A stretch of DNA of 63,652 nt, filler included, from a bacterium (GTDB lineage Bacteria > UBP15 > UBA6099 > JAJRTR01): the NCBI GenBank assembly GCA_024278215.1. It is 5 parts of 5 records of this genome, joined end to end, with 100 filler letters (N's around TTAATTAATTAA, not from the genome) between each part and the next. Parts side by side here need not be neighbours in the genome. Positions count along the whole stretch, not along the records: positions 51,795 to 60,719 come from JAJRTR010000080.1; positions 60,820 to 63,652 come from JAJRTR010000107.1; 3 more parts are not named here. The stretch is one strand, 5' to 3'. Shown in pieces: positions 58,401 through 63,652 of the stretch. The notes beneath the pieces are model-generated. The model was not told the origin of the DNA and did not search any database. It saw only the letters and a program-made list of their open reading frames with translations. The first letter of the stretch is position 1. Each line of letters starts with the position of its first letter. The position numbers and the translations under genes are program-made.

Positions 58401-60716
58401 ATGCGAAGGGTGATTGCAGTAATTACGGTCATTGCAGCGGCGGCTGCGTCGGGTTATGTCGCCCTGTGGATTCCTGTTGCCGCCGCGCCCGTTCTGTTGC
58501 TGCTTTTCTCCATTATTTCAGGGCCTCGGAAAGTGTCTGCGGAAAGTCTTACAGAGATAAAAACTATTCCATATAAAGATAACGCATCCGCCGGGCTCCG
58601 GCTCAACGGCAACTGGAATGTGTCGATACCCGGCAGCGGCAAGTATGAAATACCGCTACCATGCGACCTTGCGACAGTGAGGGGAATAGCTTCAGTCCGC
58701 AAACCACTCACCTTCAGCAGGAATGTTACAATCGAATCAATTGATGAAAAGCAGCGCGTTTTTTTATATGGATCCGGCGCGGGCGGCGAAGTCACGGTTT
58801 ATATAGACGGAACACAGACTGGCGAAATCGCGCCGGGCTTTCTCCCTTTCAGGATAGACATAACTGATGCTGTCGATGCAGGCGTTGAATTTCTTCTCAG
58901 TATAGATGTCGCAACTCCGAAAGAACATGACGCTCCCGGCAAACTCGATGGAATCGGGCCTCAATATGCTGTCGGAATTTTCAGGGAATTATTCATCGAA
59001 ACAGTTTATGCTGTCTCTCCTTGCAACGTATGGTTCGACAGGAAAACGGCGGGCTGCGAGCCGACCCTGTGTGTGGCGGTCGAAGGCGAAACCGATTATC
59101 CGACTGCTGTGTCGGTCGCAATCAAGGATAAGAAAACAGGCAAAAACATTTTCAACGGAACGGAGATTGTACCGGGCATAGGGGGACGTTCCGTGATCAC
59201 GTTCTTCTTAATTGATGCCGCGATCAAAGAATGGGATTCCAACGATCCGCAATTATACGATGTGAATGTTGCCCTGGTATGTGAGGACATCCGTGCTTCT
59301 ACGGAATTTATTACAGGCTGCAAAACTTTCAGTTGTTCTTCGGGGAAGATGCAGATAAACGGAGAATCCCGAACACTTCGAGGTGTCTCACGCTACGAAC
59401 ATTTTCCACCATACGGAGCGGCTGTACCGTCATGGGGAGCGGCAAAGGATGTCAGGTCGATTCTCGAACCCGGTTTCAATACAGTTTATTGCCCGGACTA
59501 TCCGCCGCACCCAGCGTTCTGGAAAGCTTGCGACGAAGCAGGACTTCATGTAATAGCTGAATTTCCATACAGGCAGCTCGAGCGAACAGTGGGAAAAGAA
59601 AAAGCGCGCGCGATATTCAGACTCGAAACCGACAGGGCTGTCGCACATCCGTGTTTCCTGTTCTGGACGGTCGACGCACCTGCCGCACAGAAGCCGCTCC
59701 TTGATGATAACCACAGCGATAGAGTCTGCCGTCTTCATAAGGGACGGGCACACTCCGGTCATGCTGGAATGAACGCCGTAAAACTGAATGTGGACATGTA
59801 CACCCGCGGACACTTCAGGAAACAACTCGGCGAATTCGTTGATTCAGGAGCCGACCTCCTGATAATGGATTATATAGATACGGCGGCAGGCAGCGAGAGC
59901 CACGGAAACAGGGAATTGAGAAAAGCGAGCCATGATCTTGAAACCTTGAAGGCGGCGGACACGCAAGGGCTGAAGGCGCTTGTGCTCGGGCAGTTCTTCA
60001 CCTGGGGGCTACGCTCGGGCGTATACTCGATAAACAGGAAAAAGAAAGCTTCAGCCGATTCGATAAAGAAATATTTTGAAAGCGGCATAGCGGCGGAAGT
60101 GACTACAGGCCGACACACTGTCTATCTCCCCAACAGGATCCCGATAGTTGTACTGTCCGCGTTGCTCGCCTGTCTTATCATCGTGCCTCAGGCAGGTAGT
60201 TTTTTTGCCAGGGGGCCGCATATAATGACCCTTTTTCTGCCCTGGTGGTACGCCGCGGCGGTCCAGTCTGTGGCCTGGCTGATTATGGCCCTGTGTATGA
60301 CACTTTACTTTGAATGGCGGCGCAGATTGATCCCGGGCGCGGCCTGCATACTCGGCTACCCCCTTTTTCTAAGGCTCTACACAACGCATACATCCAGATC
60401 GGCGATAGCGCTCGCGATGTCGGTATGGCTCATAGTCATAGCGGCGGTTGTGGCCAATGCGGTTGCGGGCGGCAACCTTCTTCAGGATGCGCTCGTGCCT
60501 GTCATGCTCGCCTCGGTTTTCGATTGTCTTGCCGCTGTCTATTTGTTTGTTCCCGTCAGTCCGTATATATTGCTGGGCAGTTCATTTCTGCTTCAGTTTG
60601 CGTTTCTCTCATGGTTTTTCGGGCCGCTCGGCGCACTTGCGGCTGCATTTATCAAGAACGCCCCGTTCGCCGCACTATTCGCATGGCTGGATGCAAAAAA
60701 TATTTTTTCTTCATGA
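58401..60716 (+). CDS. GH2-like membrane protein, probably catalytically degenerate
   Basis: LNGNW, GFLPFRIDIT, GIFRE, PQLY, INGE..LRGVSR, GFNTV; C-terminal TM helices. Confidence 0.75.
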   Translation: MRRVIAVITVIAAAAASGYVALWIPVAAAPVLLLLFSIISGPRKVSAESLTEIKTIPYKDNASAGLRLNGNWNVSIPGSGKYEIPLPCDLATVRGIASVRKPLTFSRNVTIESIDEKQRVFLYGSGAGGEVTVYIDGTQTGEIAPGFLPFRIDITDAVDAGVEFLLSIDVATPKEHDAPGKLDGIGPQYAVGIFRELFIETVYAVSPCNVWFDRKTAGCEPTLCVAVEGETDYPTAVSVAIKDKKTGKNIFNGTEIVPGIGGRSVITFFLIDAAIKEWDSNDPQLYDVNVALVCEDIRASTEFITGCKTFSCSSGKMQINGESRTLRGVSRYEHFPPYGAAVPSWGAAKDVRSILEPGFNTVYCPDYPPHPAFWKACDEAGLHVIAEFPYRQLERTVGKEKARAIFRLETDRAVAHPCFLFWTVDAPAAQKPLLDDNHSDRVCRLHKGRAHSGHAGMNAVKLNVDMYTRGHFRKQLGEFVDSGADLLIMDYIDTAAGSESHGNRELRKASHDLETLKAADTQGLKALVLGQFFTWGLRSGVYSINRKKKASADSIKKYFESGIAAEVTTGRHTVYLPNRIPIVVLSALLACLIIVPQAGSFFARGPHIMTLFLPWWYAAAVQSVAWLIMALCMTLYFEWRRRLIPGAACILGYPLFLRLYTTHTSRSAIALAMSVWLIVIAAVVANAVAGGNLLQDALVPVMLASVFDCLAAVYLFVPVSPYILLGSSFLLQFAFLSWFFGPLGALAAAFIKNAPFAALFAWLDAKNIFSS

Positions 60717-60719
60717 TCC

Positions 60720-60819
60720 NNNNNNNNNNNNNNNNNNNNNNNNNNNNNNNNNNNNNNNNNNNNTTAATTAATTAANNNNNNNNNNNNNNNNNNNNNNNNN
60801 NNNNNNNNNNNNNNNNNNN
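60720..60819. other. Artificial contig spacer
   Basis: N-TTAATTAATTAA-N. Confidence 0.98.
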
Positions 60820-60821
60820 AA

Positions 60822-63470
60822 GTTCCCGAAAAGAAAACCGCGGACGCATATCTGAGCGAACTGACTTTCAAGGGCCTTGAAGACAGATACCCGGAGATCA
60901 CGGAAGCCATACGAAAAAGAGCCGAATATGAACTTGGTGTGATAGAAAAAATGGGATATCCCGCATATTTTCTGATTGTATGGGACCTCATAAGGTTCGC
61001 GCGCAGCCGGGATATACCGGTCGGTCCGGGGCGTGGATCCGTAGCGGGAAGTCTTGTCGCCTATGCGCTGCATATTACGGAAATATGCCCGCTGAAATAT
61101 GATCTTCTTTTCGAGCGTTTCCTGAATCCCGACCGTGTGAGTATGCCCGACATTGACATGGACTTCTGCTACGTGCGGCGCGACGAGGTCATCGAATACG
61201 CGCGCCAGAAGTACGGCGAAGATAAAGTGGCTATGATCATTACGTTCGGTCGTCTCAAGGCCCGCAACGCTATCCGCGATGTCGGTCGCGTCATGGGCAT
61301 AGAGCTTGCTACTGTGGATAAAGTCGCCAAACTTGTTCCCACTGTAATTCCCGATAAAAAGGTTACAATCGCAAACGCTATTGAATATTCCGAAGACCTT
61401 AAATATATGTACGACAATGACCGTGAGATAAGAAAACTTCTCGAGATATCACAGAAAATCGAGGGCCTCGCCCGCAATGTCGGCACACATGCCGCAGGCG
61501 TTGTGATCGCTAAAAATCAACTCGACAGCTACCTGCCTGTCTACGTGTCGCCAAGCGACGGAACCCTGATAACACAGGCGCCGGGCGAAGATATCGAAGA
61601 CCTCGGACTGCTCAAAATGGACTTCCTCGGACTGCGCACTCTCACTGTCATGAACGATGCGGTCAGGCACATAAGAAACCGCACCGGCAGAGAACTTGTT
61701 CTTAACGAGTTGCCGCTCGACGACAAAAAAACGCTCGATCTCTTCTGTAGCGGCGAGACAGACGGCATATTCCAGTTCGAAAGCAACACCGCGAAAGGGC
61801 TCATGATGCGTATTCATCCGAGCTGCCTCGAAGATCTCATCGCGATAAACGCTCTCAACAGGCCTGGCCCGCTCGGCGGCGGCATGGTCGATACTTTTAT
61901 CGAAAATCGCAAGAAAAAAAGCAAAGATATTGACTACTACCATCCGTCGCTCGAACCCGTTCTCAAGGAAACTTTCGGCATCATGCTCTACCAGGAACAG
62001 GTGATGCGCATCGCCAACATTATCGCAGGTTTCACTCTGGCGCAATCCGACATCCTGCGCCGCGCTATGGGCAAAAAGAAGAAAGCGGAAATGGACAAAC
62101 TTAAAGATTTGTTTGTCGAGCAGGCGACAAAAAAAACCGGCGACAGGAAACTCGCGGAAAATCTTTTCGGCCAGATACTCATGTTTTCCGGCTACGGCTT
62201 CAATAAAAGTCACAGCGCCGCCTACGCTCTACTCGCATACCAGACTGGCTACCTCAAGGCAAACTATCCGCTCGAGTTCTATGCCGCCATGCTCACCAGC
62301 GTACAGGGTTCATCCGAGAAAGTCGCGAAATATATCGACGACTGCAAACGCCTCGCCATTACCGTCGCACCGCCGGACATCAATTCCGGCGAGACCATTT
62401 TCACGCCAAGTGAGGATAAGATACTCTTCGGGCTGGGCGCGATAAAAAATGTTGGAAACCACGCTATCGAGGCCATAACCGGTGAGCGCGACAAGAACGG
62501 AAAGTTCAGAAGTTTATATGACATGTGCGCCCGCATCGACCTCGGCGCGGTGAATACGAAAACAATCGAGGCGCTGATACGTTCCGGTGCGTGCGACAGT
62601 CTCGAAGGCAACAGGCGCGAGAAGATCATGGCGCTCGACGAGGCTCTCAAATATGGACGCGCCGCGCAGCAGGACAGGCTTTCCGGCCAGACACAACTCT
62701 TCGGCTTCACCGGCGAAGATGCCGCACAGTCAGAGCCGCCACTAAAAAAATACGAAGAGTACGACACGAAACAGATTCTCGAAGATGAGAAAAATCTGCT
62801 CGGACTCTATCTTTCACATCACCCGCTCGATCCCTACAGAAACTGGATAAAAGAGCAGAAAGTCAACTGCACCGCGCTCGACCTCATGCAGATGGACCCG
62901 GATTCGCCGCGCAAACGCGCAAGAGTCGCCGGCATTGTGGACAGGGTGCGCGACTATACGACCCGCGCGGGCGATGTCATGTCTATCGTCGATATCGAGG
63001 ATTTTACAGGCAAACTCACGCTTACTTTTTTTCCCGAAGAACGCAAAGCCTTCAGGAACTATTTGAACGAGGGAAATGTTATCGCTGTTCGCGGCACAAT
63101 AAGCGTCCGCACCATAGAGACAAGCGAAGGAACAGCCAACTCGGAAGTGCGTGTGATATGCCGCGACCTTAACGCATACCGGAGCGCTGTGCAGGCGGCA
63201 GAAAAATCGAAACCCGTCAAACGCAGGATACATTTCCGTTTTGTCGCGGACGGCGACATGGGGAAATCCCGCGAACAACTCCACGAACTGCGCCGGTTCC
63301 TTTCGAGCAGTCCCGGTATATCACCCGTCATCGTCCACATCGACGACAACGGCAACGGCAGGCAATACCTGCTCCGCAGTATGCGCGTACTCTATAGCCC
63401 CGAACTACTGCGCCTCGGGCGCAGCCTCTTCGGACCGGATAATGTCTGGGTCGAAACCGACAGGACGTAA
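60822..63470 (+). CDS. dnaE: DNA polymerase III alpha subunit, 5' truncated
   Basis: GPGRGS, FERFLNPDRVSMPDIDMDF, KMDFLGL, YGFNKSH. Confidence 0.97.
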   Translation, partial: VPEKKTADAYLSELTFKGLEDRYPEITEAIRKRAEYELGVIEKMGYPAYFLIVWDLIRFARSRDIPVGPGRGSVAGSLVAYALHITEICPLKYDLLFERFLNPDRVSMPDIDMDFCYVRRDEVIEYARQKYGEDKVAMIITFGRLKARNAIRDVGRVMGIELATVDKVAKLVPTVIPDKKVTIANAIEYSEDLKYMYDNDREIRKLLEISQKIEGLARNVGTHAAGVVIAKNQLDSYLPVYVSPSDGTLITQAPGEDIEDLGLLKMDFLGLRTLTVMNDAVRHIRNRTGRELVLNELPLDDKKTLDLFCSGETDGIFQFESNTAKGLMMRIHPSCLEDLIAINALNRPGPLGGGMVDTFIENRKKKSKDIDYYHPSLEPVLKETFGIMLYQEQVMRIANIIAGFTLAQSDILRRAMGKKKKAEMDKLKDLFVEQATKKTGDRKLAENLFGQILMFSGYGFNKSHSAAYALLAYQTGYLKANYPLEFYAAMLTSVQGSSEKVAKYIDDCKRLAITVAPPDINSGETIFTPSEDKILFGLGAIKNVGNHAIEAITGERDKNGKFRSLYDMCARIDLGAVNTKTIEALIRSGACDSLEGNRREKIMALDEALKYGRAAQQDRLSGQTQLFGFTGEDAAQSEPPLKKYEEYDTKQILEDEKNLLGLYLSHHPLDPYRNWIKEQKVNCTALDLMQMDPDSPRKRARVAGIVDRVRDYTTRAGDVMSIVDIEDFTGKLTLTFFPEERKAFRNYLNEGNVIAVRGTISVRTIETSEGTANSEVRVICRDLNAYRSAVQAAEKSKPVKRRIHFRFVADGDMGKSREQLHELRRFLSSSPGISPVIVHIDDNGNGRQYLLRSMRVLYSPELLRLGRSLFGPDNVWVETDRT

Positions 63471-63652
63471 TGATGTTGTTTGTGCCCAAACAAAAACGGT
63501 TCGAGCACGGCACACAGTGTTTCATCATTTCCACAGTCATCGCACTCACACCCGTTCACACCGGTTTTTCATCGTTCTCAAGGTCTACCGGAACTGGAAG
63601 CTCCAGCTTCTTATCGTTCCAGGGCTCCGACCCGGAACGCAGGGACTGAACG

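Overview
The window joins five bacterial contigs with artificial 100-nt N-TTAATTAATTAA-N spacers, so adjacency across a spacer has no biological meaning. Contig 1 (1-11166): a tightly coupled minus-strand operon (1-~9000) that reads as the virion-morphogenesis module of an integrated tailless, probably membrane-containing virus. It encodes jelly-roll-like capsid candidates (one internally duplicated), Lys-rich 'NP'-motif proteins, paralogous C-terminally anchored membrane proteins, a transglutaminase-like Cys-His-Asp enzyme and an antisense moron with its own promoter; a host TPR gene follows. Contig 2 (11267-43224): a repeat-rich adhesin-like protein, penicillin acylase, a CusA/CusB/TolC metal-efflux operon with a sigma54 two-component system, an HxsD-like gene divergent from five radical SAM genes plus a flippase-like gene, and cheA. 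Contig 3 (43325-51694): GNAT and epimerase genes, then a phage-derived module with a lambda-like repressor switch (twin promoters sharing a TACC-N6-GGTA palindrome) that leads almost directly into terminase genes. Contig 4 (51795-60719): LptD-like protein, an RpoD-family sigma factor, a DUF35 gene plus a Cys-less thiolase preceded by a leader peptide and terminator, and a degenerate GH2. Contig 5 (60820-63652): dnaE. Several MITE/REP families recur. All family calls come from reading motifs by eye; no searches were run.
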